Positions 25,440-34,250 of a stretch of 57,123 bases of DNA are shown here, one piece after another. The position numbers and the translations under genes were made by a program. The DNA lies in NCBI GenBank assembly GCA_964449925.1, contig CAYVCM010000002.1:1-57123 (forward strand), written 5' to 3'. Below the pieces are notes generated by a model. That model saw only the letters and a list, made by a program, of their open reading frames with translations, made no database searches and was not told the origin of the DNA. Each line of letters begins with the position of its first letter. Within the stretch, counting starts at the first letter, position 1. This DNA is from an uncultured Clostridium sp. Lineage in GTDB: Bacteria; Bacillota; Clostridia; TANB77; CAG-508.

Positions 25440-25484
25440 CTCATAACCCGAAGGTCGTAAGTTCGAGTCTTACCCCCGCAACCA
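25440..25484 (+). repeat. 3' fragment of initiator tRNA-Met; att core copy 2
   Basis: CTCATAACCCGAAGGTCGTAAGTTCGAGTCTTACCCCCGCAACCA is identical to 6585-6629. Upstream sequence is not tRNA-like. Confidence 0.8.
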
Positions 25485-25492
25485 CTGAAATG

Positions 25493-25525
25493 CCTCTGTT
25501 AAAGCGATTTACAGAGGATTTTTTG
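25493..25525 (+). terminator. rho-independent terminator (probably the native tRNA terminator)
   Basis: CCTCTGT-loop-ACAGAGG followed by ATTTTTTGTT, 8 nt after the CCA end. Confidence 0.7.
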
Positions 25526-25680
25526 TTACTTGGAAAAATCCATTTAAGACCATTAAAAACCGTTAAAAAGCATTAAAATTTATTTCATAAATGGTAAATA
25601 AAGGGTATAAAATAATGTAATTTAATATTGAAAAATCAAGGGCTTCAGCAATCGCTGAAGTTATCTTTTTGGAGGTTTTT

Positions 25681-26142
25681 ATGGGAAAAGAAAAATTTAA
25701 TAGTTTAATTAATGAGATAAATAAAATTGCAAGATTAAATATTTTACAGTATAAAATAGAAAAGATTGTAGAAGAATACGATGAATTTATAGAAGATTTT
25801 TACTTTATAGAATGGCTTAGCTTATCAACGAATAATTATACAGAAAAAGAAGAGTTAAATAATACATTAGAGTTATTTGATGAATTACTAGAAGAAATAG
25901 AAATTGCTATATTTAATGATAAAGATGAATTAAATAATATTTGTATTTCTTTACTAACTTACAACAAAAAAGATATAGGAAAAATAATTAATAATATTGA
26001 AAATTATAGTAATGAATATATTATAAATTTAATTTTAGATTTTGCAGATAATAATTTTTATGAAATAGATGCACAATACTTTGTCCTTGAATTAGAGAAA
26101 TTACTTCAAGGAGGATTGGCAGATGACAAAACAAGAATGTAA
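25681..26142 (+). CDS. hypothetical acidic protein
   Basis: ORF 25669-26142; the ATG at 25681 (MGKEKF) is the likely start; no motif. Confidence 0.35.
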   Translation: MGKEKFNSLINEINKIARLNILQYKIEKIVEEYDEFIEDFYFIEWLSLSTNNYTEKEELNNTLELFDELLEEIEIAIFNDKDELNNICISLLTYNKKDIGKIINNIENYSNEYIINLILDFADNNFYEIDAQYFVLELEKLLQGGLADDKTRM

Positions 26143-26209
26143 AAAGGTAGAATTTTACTTATATAACTACAATAGAATAAACCTTTTAATTAAAGAAAGA
26201 GAAATGTAA
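26123..26209 (+). pseudogene. truncated RinA/ArpU-like phage transcription regulator N-terminus
   Basis: MTKQECKKVEFYLYNYNRINLLIKEREM then stop. The same frame runs on into the adhesin fragment, suggesting a deletion junction. Confidence 0.4.
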
Positions 26210-26245
26210 ATAATAGATTCAATAAATGTTTCAAGTACAGTAGAT

Positions 26246-28216
26246 ATGGCAAGTTATACAGTTACTGCTACTGCAAACTTACCTGAAGGAACTATAATTA
26301 CTAATTCAAATGGTACTCAAACAAATTTATTTAATGGAAATGAAAGTATGTATGTAAAAATTCCTAAATCACAAATGGGACAAGATATTTCAAACGCAAT
26401 AATCAACATTCAAGGGAAAGTGAAAACTTATCCAGTATTTTATGGACAAACAAGAGTGGAAGGTACTCAAAACTATGCACTTGTTTATGATCCATTTGGA
26501 GATGGTGTTGGTAGAGCTACATTAAATATAAAACAAATACAGGAAAAGTAGTAGTAAATAAAACAGATGATGAAACTTCACAACCTATTGCAGGAGTTAA
26601 GTTCTCATTAAAAAGAGAAGATGGAACAATAGTAGGAACAGCTACAACAAATGAACAAGGAATTGCAACATTTGATAAACTATATCAAGGAAACTATAAA
26701 TTAGTTGAGGTGGAAATAAATCCAAAATATATTTTAAATGATATGGAATTTGATGTACCTGTTGAATATAATAAAACATCTGATGTTAATGTTGAAAATG
26801 AGCATAAAAAAGATAATATAAAAGTTTACAAAATAGATAAAGATAACAACAGAGTAGTGCTTGAAAATGTAGAATTTGACTTGTTCTCACACGAATTTAA
26901 TAAAGTAATTGGAACTTATTATACAGATGTGAATGGAGAATTGGAAATAAAAGATTTAAGAATTGGCGACTACTCATTAATTAAAAAGGAAACAAACAAA
27001 TGGTATAACCTTGCAGAAGATACAGATATTAAAGTTGAATGGAATGAAACAAAAGAACTTCAAATAGAAAATGAACTAAAAAAAGGCTCTATAAAAATAA
27101 TAAAAGTTGACGAAGAAGATAACGAAGTAAAACTTGAAAATGTCAAATTTAAAGTTATGGATAAATACGGAAATGTATTAGAAGAATTAATAACAGATGA
27201 AAATGGAGAGGCTGAAACATCTAGTTATCCAATAAGAGATTTTTCAGAACTAAAAATACAAGAGGTAGAAACACTAGATACCTATGTTTTAGATGAGGAA
27301 GTTCATACTATCAAACTTGAAAAAAACCAAATAAAAGATGTTGTATTTGAAAATGAAAAAAATTAAAGGACAAATTGAAGTAACAAAAGTAAGTAGCGAT
27401 GATAATGAGCTTACAGGAGATAAAAAGGGTACTCAACTTGAAGGAGCAGTATTTGAAGTTTATAATTCAAATGATGAATTAGTGGATACTTTAACAACTG
27501 ATAGCGAGGGTAAAGCTATTTCTAAATTACTTGTAAAAGGAAAATACTATTTAAAAGAAGTAGATTCAGGATCTCCATATTACTTAATAAACTCAGATAT
27601 ATTTGAGGCTGAAATAAAAGAACATAAAGAAATTGTTGATGTAAATGTTGAAGATGATAGTGTTGATATTGAGGTTGAAGTTGAAGTTGAGAAAAAAGGA
27701 TTTGTAGAAACTCAATCAAAAGACAGTATTTACTATAATTTTAAAAATATAAAAAATAATTCAAATGTTTCATTAAACAATTTCACTTGGCAAGACACAT
27801 TACCAACACAAGCATTAAGAGCTGATAGAATTTATACAGGTACTTGGAATGAAGATTTAGAATATTCTATTTGGTACAAAACAAATAAAAATGATTATAA
27901 AATGCTAGTAGATGGTCTAAGTACACAAGTAAATAATGAAATAAGTTTTAAAGATGTAGATCTAGAAGATGATGAATATATTACTGAATATTAATTTAGA
28001 TTTGGAACTGTAAAAGTAGGATTTTCAGAGGTTGAAGCTCCTATTCTATATTGTGATATGCTAGACAATTTAGAAAATGGATTTAAATTTACAAATTATA
28101 CTAAAGTATTTGGAAACTATGAAGATAAATATGTAGAAGATACTGATGAATGGACAACTGTTACTTATTTCAAAGAAATAGAAACAACACAAAATTTACC
28201 TAGAATAGGCTATTAG
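26246..28216 (+). pseudogene. decayed Cna-B/SpaA-type surface adhesin with LPXTG-like end
   Basis: Repeated G(K/S)I(K/E)V.K.D.......L.G..F......G...........G......L..G.Y...E units span four ORF pieces. Disruptions are an A5->A4 shift near 26530, an A6->A7 shift at 27356-27362, and an in-frame TAA at 27992-27994. The gene ends ...NLPRIGY with no membrane anchor. Confidence 0.7.
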
Positions 28217-28310
28217 TATTGACTTTTGAATAGAAAATTATATAATTTAGAAAATAATAATTTTGAATTCATATATTTATATAGAATTATCATTTTGTTT
28301 ACTAAATTTT

Positions 28311-28350
28311 GAGGTATGGAATATTTGATATTCTGTACCTCTATTTTTTT
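28311..28350 (+). terminator. hairpin + T-run after the adhesin remnant
   Basis: GAGGTATGGAATAT...ATATTCTGTACCTC followed by TATTTTTTT. Confidence 0.5.
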
Positions 28351-28468
28351 GCTTAAAAATTTATAGAAAGGTTTGGTATTGAAAAGTAATGATTTGTATA
28401 ATTATACTAGTAGGTGATAATATGCCAGATTTAGAGAATTTTCAGAAAGTAGAAAAGAAAGAACTACC

Positions 28469-28651
28469 TTGACAATGGAAGAAGTAGCTGGATATTTAGG
28501 GATTTCTTATTGGTTAGTGGGACAACTAGTGAGAAAAAATGAGTTACCTCATTTCAGAGTGGCTAGGAAAATCTTATTCAGAAAAAAAGTTATTGATAAC
28601 TTTATGGAAGAACAAGAAAAAATAGCTTTTGACAACCTGTATTCTAAATAA
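28469..28651 (+). CDS. excisionase-like HTH_17 protein (paralog of 11824-12024), N-terminally shifted
   Basis: EEVAGYLGISYWLVGQLVRKNELPHFRVARKILFRKKVIDNF. The upstream ORF 28422-28472 (MPDLENFQKVEKKELP) aligns to the paralog N-terminus in another frame. Confidence 0.55.
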   Translation: MTMEEVAGYLGISYWLVGQLVRKNELPHFRVARKILFRKKVIDNFMEEQEKIAFDNLYSK

Positions 28652-28747
28652 CATTATTTTATGTCAAAATTGGGGAATATGATATATTTAAAGGGTAATG
28701 TTATTTAATAAGTGAAAAGAGTAGTTTTGTGAAATTTGAGAAAAGTA

Positions 28748-28780
28748 AATACCAATATATTATGTATTGGTATTTTTTTT
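28748..28780 (+). terminator. rho-independent terminator
   Basis: AATACCAATA-loop-TATTGGTATT followed by T8. Confidence 0.65.
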
Positions 28781-28865
28781 GAAAAAAGTCAATAATTGTT
28801 GTTAAAATTTATAAAATGTGATATAAAATATAATAGATTTTTAATAATAAAAATCAGGAGGAAAC

Positions 28866-29948
28866 ATGAAGAAAAAATTAAAAGTTATAGATTTATTTTG
28901 TGGTTGTGGAGGATTAAGTAGAGGATTTGAACTTGCAGGATTTGAAATAGTAGGTGGGATAGACTTCAATAAAGATGCAATCAAAACATTTAATAAAAAC
29001 TTTAAAAATGCTAAAGGGATATGTTGTGATATATCTTCCATGACAGAAGAGGAAATTAGAAAAAATTTTGGAGATTTAAAAGATATAGAGGTAATAATAG
29101 GTGGTCCACCTTGTCAAGGATTTTCTGCTGCAAATAGAAATAAAGTAAATGATGATCCAAGAAACAAATTATTTTTCGAATTTGTTAAGTTTGTTGATAT
29201 GGCAAAACCTAAAGCAATAGTAATTGAAAATGTAAGAGGAATAATTTCAGAAAATAATGGATATGCAAAAGAACAAATTTACAAAATATTTGAAGAAAGA
29301 GGATATAAAGTCAATAATAAAGTCTTGAATGCATCAGATTATGGAGTACCTCAAAAAAGAATGAGAAACTTTTTTGTAATGCTAAGAAATAATATTTTTG
29401 ATTTTGAAGAGATGCAAAAAGTTAAAGAAAAAGTAACAGTCGAAGATGCTATAGGAGAGCTATACCAATATGAGGATAATAGTGATGGTCATGAAATTAA
29501 ATTGAATAGTCGTGCAAATACAGTATATAGAAAATATTTAAGGAATAATAATAATACTATTGCCAATCATGAAGTTAGATACCCTTCAGATATAGTACAA
29601 AAAAGGATTTCTTATGTAAAACAAGGAGAAAATTGGCAAAAGATTCCTAAAGAATTATTTTCTAATCAACGAAATAATAGACATTCGTCAGCATATAAAA
29701 GATTAGATGAGAAAGATGTTTCTGTAACCATAGATACAGGAAATTCACATAGTAATTATTTTCATCCATTATATAATAGAATTCCAACAGTAAGAGAAGC
29801 TGCAAGAATACAGTCCTTTGATGATTCGTTTATATTTGAAGGAGGAAGAACATCACAATATAGACAAGTTGGAAATGCTGTACCACCATTATTATCAAAA
29901 GCTCTAGCAGAAGTTATAAAAAAGGAGTTAGAATGTAATAATGAATAA
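28866..29948 (+). CDS. DNA (cytosine-5)-methyltransferase 1
   Basis: DLFCGCGGLS (I), GGPPCQGFS (IV), ENV (VI), QKRMRNF (VIII), GNAVPP (X). Confidence 0.9.
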   Translation: MKKKLKVIDLFCGCGGLSRGFELAGFEIVGGIDFNKDAIKTFNKNFKNAKGICCDISSMTEEEIRKNFGDLKDIEVIIGGPPCQGFSAANRNKVNDDPRNKLFFEFVKFVDMAKPKAIVIENVRGIISENNGYAKEQIYKIFEERGYKVNNKVLNASDYGVPQKRMRNFFVMLRNNIFDFEEMQKVKEKVTVEDAIGELYQYEDNSDGHEIKLNSRANTVYRKYLRNNNNTIANHEVRYPSDIVQKRISYVKQGENWQKIPKELFSNQRNNRHSSAYKRLDEKDVSVTIDTGNSHSNYFHPLYNRIPTVREAARIQSFDDSFIFEGGRTSQYRQVGNAVPPLLSKALAEVIKKELECNNE

Positions 29949-30957
29949 TGAAATAATTGATTTATTTTGTGGCTGTGGAGGATTAAGCAAAGGATTTGAA
30001 CTTGCAGGATTTGAAACTGCATTAGCAATAGACATGTGGGATGATGCAGTAAAAACATATAATCACAATCATAAAGAAAAAGTAGCGATTTGTGAAGATA
30101 TAAAAGATTTAAATGATAAATATTTAGACGAATTTTCTAAAAAACACAAAATTGTTGGAATAATAGGTGGACCACCTTGTCAAGGCTATAGTACAGTTGG
30201 AAAAAGAGACATAAATGATGATAGAAATTATTTATACCTTGAATATTGTAGAATTGTTGAAAAAATAAAACCGGAATTCTTTTTGTTGGAAAATGTAAAA
30301 GGTTTATTAACATTAAATGATGGATTATTTAAGGATGACATAATAAGAAGATTTGGAAAACTGGGATATAATATAACATATAAGATATTAAATGCTGCCG
30401 ATTATGGTGTACCCCAGAATAGACAGAGAGTATTTTTTGTAGGAATTAAAGATAAAACTTTTAAGTTTCCAAAGGAGCATAATAAAAAAATATCTACTAT
30501 GGAAGCTATAGGAGATTTAGAAAAAAGTAATAAAAAGTATTTAGTAGAGCCTCAAAATGATTATCAAAGAATGATGAGAAAAAATTCTAAAGAATTAAAA
30601 AATAATGATATAACAATTCATTCAGAACAAACGATTAATATAATAAATTTAGTACCTGACGGAGGAAAAATTAAGGATTTAGATAAAAAGTATTGGGAAG
30701 TAAGAAAATATAATAAAGCATTTCAAAGAATGAACAGTAAATTACCATCAAATACTATAGACACAGGACATAGAAACTATTTTCATTATAAAGAAAACAG
30801 AATCCCTACTGTAAGGGAATCTGCTAGAATACAATCATTTACAGATGATTTTGAATTTTTAGGATCAAAGACTAGTCAATATAAGCAAGTTGGAAATGCT
30901 GTACCACCATTACTTGCATATGAATTAGCAAAGGAAATAAAGAAGCAAATAAAATAA
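29941..30957 (+). CDS. DNA (cytosine-5)-methyltransferase 2
   Basis: DLFCGCGGLS, GGPPCQGYS, ENV, QNRQRVFF, GNAVPP. Overlaps the M1 stop. Confidence 0.9.
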   Translation: MNNEIIDLFCGCGGLSKGFELAGFETALAIDMWDDAVKTYNHNHKEKVAICEDIKDLNDKYLDEFSKKHKIVGIIGGPPCQGYSTVGKRDINDDRNYLYLEYCRIVEKIKPEFFLLENVKGLLTLNDGLFKDDIIRRFGKLGYNITYKILNAADYGVPQNRQRVFFVGIKDKTFKFPKEHNKKISTMEAIGDLEKSNKKYLVEPQNDYQRMMRKNSKELKNNDITIHSEQTINIINLVPDGGKIKDLDKKYWEVRKYNKAFQRMNSKLPSNTIDTGHRNYFHYKENRIPTVRESARIQSFTDDFEFLGSKTSQYKQVGNAVPPLLAYELAKEIKKQIK

Positions 30958-30970
30958 GAAGGAATTTATT

Positions 30971-31666
30971 ATGGAAGAAAAAATAATTGATATAAAAGGA
31001 TTTGGATCTCCCGGAGTTAGTTTTACAGAAAACTTTAATAAAAAATTAGAAAAATATGCAATGTTTATAAATATACATAAGGATGAAGAACTAGAATACA
31101 AAGAATTACAAACAAAAATGAATGAAGAATTAAAAATTACTGAAAGCGCAATAAGAGTAGACATTCCATTTTTATACAATAATGGATTTCTAAATGACTA
31201 TAGAAAAGACAAAATTGGTAAAATAAAACTAAGTAATTTTATTAGTAATTTAGGAAAAGCATATATTGAACTGATAGAAATTAAAGAAGAATATTCGGGC
31301 AGTATTAGTAGTGATATAGATAAGAAAATTGAAGAAATATTAAAACTTATTATAGTGTTGTCATTAATTAATAGAAAGAATAATGGTCAAGAAGAAAACT
31401 ATTTCGAAATATTAAGATTTATTTATGAAAATAATAGTATTGATGAAAAAGAATTCTACTTATTAAAAACTATAAATGATAAAGAAGAGTTAAAAAGAGA
31501 AGTAGAAATGTATAGAAAAGGAAAGTTAAATATTATTTTAGAAAATAATAATACAGTTTTTACATATAATAAGAGTATGTTAATTCAAGCTGGTCTCATA
31601 AAAGAAATGGATAAAAGATACTATATTGATGAAAATAGTATAGATTTGGTTGAAAAAATAATATAG
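30971..31666 (+). CDS. hypothetical protein, candidate third restriction subunit
   Basis: 231-aa ORF between M2 and the McrB-like gene, with 13- and 10-nt gaps; no motif recognised. Confidence 0.4.
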   Translation: MEEKIIDIKGFGSPGVSFTENFNKKLEKYAMFINIHKDEELEYKELQTKMNEELKITESAIRVDIPFLYNNGFLNDYRKDKIGKIKLSNFISNLGKAYIELIEIKEEYSGSISSDIDKKIEEILKLIIVLSLINRKNNGQEENYFEILRFIYENNSIDEKEFYLLKTINDKEELKREVEMYRKGKLNIILENNNTVFTYNKSMLIQAGLIKEMDKRYYIDENSIDLVEKII

Positions 31667-31676
31667 GAGAATAATT

Positions 31677-32981
31677 ATGGATAATATTGAGGATATAGTA
31701 AAAAATGAAATAAACAAAAAAATAAATAGTGTAAAAAAATTACTTGAAATAACAAATGAGGATATAAAAGAGGTAAAAGAATATTCTGAAAAAGAATTAG
31801 GAGAAATACTTAAAAAATTTTATGATGATGAATTACATGGGAAAGTAACAGGAATTTTATTATTTGGTATTAAATATGGATACTTAATAAAAAGTAAAAA
31901 TTATAATAGAAATAACATTATAATGGAATCTGGGATAAATGAGTCCTATATAGCTGAGCTAAACAAAGGCATTTCGCTAAGTGAGTATGCTGAGATATTA
32001 GATGAAAAACCTAAATATGTTATTAAAGAAAATACTGAAGAAAATAGAGTAACAGGTGGTTGTAACATTGTTTATTATGGTGTCCCAGGAACAGGAAAAA
32101 GCTTTGAAATAGATAAAAAATTAAAAGATGTAAGTCTAGATAATAAGTTTAGAGTTACTTTTCATCCAGAGTTTACATATAATGATTTTATTGGACAATT
32201 ATTGCCAAAGGTGGATAAACAAACCAAATCAATTACATACGATTTTAAAGAGGGAGAATTTACAAAAGCATTGAAAAGAGCTTATGAAAATCCTGGTGAA
32301 TATGTGTATTTGATTATAGAAGAGATGTCAAGAGGAAATTGTGCTGCAATTTTTGGGGATATATTCCAATTGTTGGATAGAAATCAAGATAGAGATGAAA
32401 AAGATTGGAGTACATATGCAGTTAATAATGAATTAATTGCAAGTAGGATAAATTCAAGACTAATACATAATAATATGATAAAAATTCCTTCTAATATGTA
32501 CATTTATGGTACAGTTAATACTTCTGATCAAAATGTATTTGTAATGGATAATGCTTTTAAAAGAAGATTTGAGTGGAGATATATTTCAACCAATCCAAAA
32601 AAAGATGAGGATAAATATTTAAATAATATAAACATAAAGATTTATGAATCTAAGGAAAATGGATTTGATGTAGAGTGGGTAAGATTATATCAAATGCTAA
32701 ATATTTTTATTTCTTCTAATAAATATTTAGATTTGGGTGAAGACAAACAAATAGGACAGTTTTTTATAAAATTTACGGAAGATGATGGTAAAAATTTTAT
32801 AAAATTAAGAGATAAATTATTACATTATTTATGGTTTGATGTGCAAAATGCATCGTATAGAAACGAATGTAAACTCTTTGATAGCAATATATCTAATTTT
32901 TCAACATTATATGATTTCTTTGACAATAAAGAAAAAATATTTAGTGATGAATTTATAAAAATTTTAAAGGGAGAATATTAG
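31677..32981 (+). CDS. McrB-like AAA+ GTPase restriction subunit
   Basis: Walker A YYGVPGTGKSF and Walker B LIIEEMSRGN. IFGDIFQLLDR and GTVNTSDQ...DNAFKRRFEW are as in McrB/AAA_5. Confidence 0.8.
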   Translation: MDNIEDIVKNEINKKINSVKKLLEITNEDIKEVKEYSEKELGEILKKFYDDELHGKVTGILLFGIKYGYLIKSKNYNRNNIIMESGINESYIAELNKGISLSEYAEILDEKPKYVIKENTEENRVTGGCNIVYYGVPGTGKSFEIDKKLKDVSLDNKFRVTFHPEFTYNDFIGQLLPKVDKQTKSITYDFKEGEFTKALKRAYENPGEYVYLIIEEMSRGNCAAIFGDIFQLLDRNQDRDEKDWSTYAVNNELIASRINSRLIHNNMIKIPSNMYIYGTVNTSDQNVFVMDNAFKRRFEWRYISTNPKKDEDKYLNNINIKIYESKENGFDVEWVRLYQMLNIFISSNKYLDLGEDKQIGQFFIKFTEDDGKNFIKLRDKLLHYLWFDVQNASYRNECKLFDSNISNFSTLYDFFDNKEKIFSDEFIKILKGEY

Positions 32982-33005
32982 ATATAGCTAAAAAGGGGGA
33001 AAATA

Positions 33006-34241
33006 ATGATGCAATATGTTTTTGGACAGGATGGACAGGTCATAGATGAAAACATATTAAAGGAATTTGAATTGAATATAAAAGAAAAAGAATATGCTTA
33101 TTCAGATGGTAGTTTGATTTATGACTTTGTTGGTTTTGTATATAAAAATGATAAAATTCTAGTAGTCTTTCCTAAACATTATAATGATAATTTAGAAGAA
33201 ATTAACAACGAAGATGTAGAGTTATTATTTAAAGTTATAAGGCAATATAATATGGATCCTAATAGAGCACTTGCTGAAAAATACTATGGATATAAAAAAA
33301 ATTTTAAATCTGATTATCCATTTGAAGCTTTTTATAAAATATATGATTATTATATGAAATATGGATTATATAAAAATAGTGTAATAAGAGAAAGAGCAAA
33401 TTGTAATAATAAAATATCTTGGAAAACAACAATGAGAAAGTCTAATGTTATTATTTCAAATGGGAATTTATTATATTTTCCACTATATTCTAAATCTGAA
33501 GAAGAAAAACACACATTTATAGGGGAATGTATGACTTTTATTATTAATCATACAATAGAATTATTTCCATTTGTCGGTGGAATAAAAAGAGTTAATGAAA
33601 TGATAAATCCAATAGATATTATAAAAAATAGAGAATCTGTATTAAAGGAATTATATGTATATAAAAGCAAAGTATTTAAAGATTCAGAAATAAATTTAAT
33701 TGATTCAATAATACAATATGTAAAGGAGATAAAGAAAATTTCTAATGGTGGAGCAATACATATAAATATAAAATATTTTAATCTTATATGGGAAAGAATG
33801 ATAAATAAATATCTAAATGAGCATTTTGAGCGTGTTGATAATCAAAATAGAAAATTAATATTTAACAAGGATAAAATTCATAATATAAAATTTAAAGCAG
33901 AGAGTATGCCAATAGATCAAAGATATAAAGATAAAAATATTATAAGACCAGACTTTTTTTTCGAAAATGAAAATTCGGTTTATGCTTTTGATGCTAAATA
34001 TTATAGAGATTTAAATGATATAGAATATAAACAAGTTGCATATACATTATTATTAGGAAATAGACAATTAAAGGGGCAAAAGGACATTTGCAGTGCATTG
34101 TTTTTGCCGGGAACGAGACCTAATGGATTACATGTGTTATTAAATAAGGAATTTGAACAAATGAAGGAAGGATGCAATTATATTATAGAACAATATATGG
34201 ATGTAAAAATGTTAATGAAGAATTATATAGAAAATGGTTGA
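33006..34241 (+). CDS. McrC/LlaJI-type restriction endonuclease subunit
   Basis: Follows the McrB-like gene. IRPDFFF...YAFDAKYY gives a PD...D-x-K core near the C-terminus. Confidence 0.65.
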   Translation: MMQYVFGQDGQVIDENILKEFELNIKEKEYAYSDGSLIYDFVGFVYKNDKILVVFPKHYNDNLEEINNEDVELLFKVIRQYNMDPNRALAEKYYGYKKNFKSDYPFEAFYKIYDYYMKYGLYKNSVIRERANCNNKISWKTTMRKSNVIISNGNLLYFPLYSKSEEEKHTFIGECMTFIINHTIELFPFVGGIKRVNEMINPIDIIKNRESVLKELYVYKSKVFKDSEINLIDSIIQYVKEIKKISNGGAIHINIKYFNLIWERMINKYLNEHFERVDNQNRKLIFNKDKIHNIKFKAESMPIDQRYKDKNIIRPDFFFENENSVYAFDAKYYRDLNDIEYKQVAYTLLLGNRQLKGQKDICSALFLPGTRPNGLHVLLNKEFEQMKEGCNYIIEQYMDVKMLMKNYIENG

Positions 34242-34250
34242 ATGTCAATA

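Larger units (their letters stand above)
6630..25484 (+). mobile_element. integrative mobilizable element (~18.9 kb) inserted at the tRNA-fMet 3' end
   Basis: Bounded by identical 45-bp repeats (6585-6629 and 25440-25484). Carries integrase, xis-like HTH, replisome organizer, DnaC-like ATPase, ParB-like protein, relaxase and TnpV. Confidence 0.75.

Noticed and set aside
27655-27700. GTTGAAGTTGAAGTTGAG tandem hexamers resembling the start of the CRISPR repeat (GTTGAAC)
   Set aside because: This is in-frame coding for the EVEVEVE stretch of the adhesin remnant. It has no spacer-repeat periodicity and is not a CRISPR relic.
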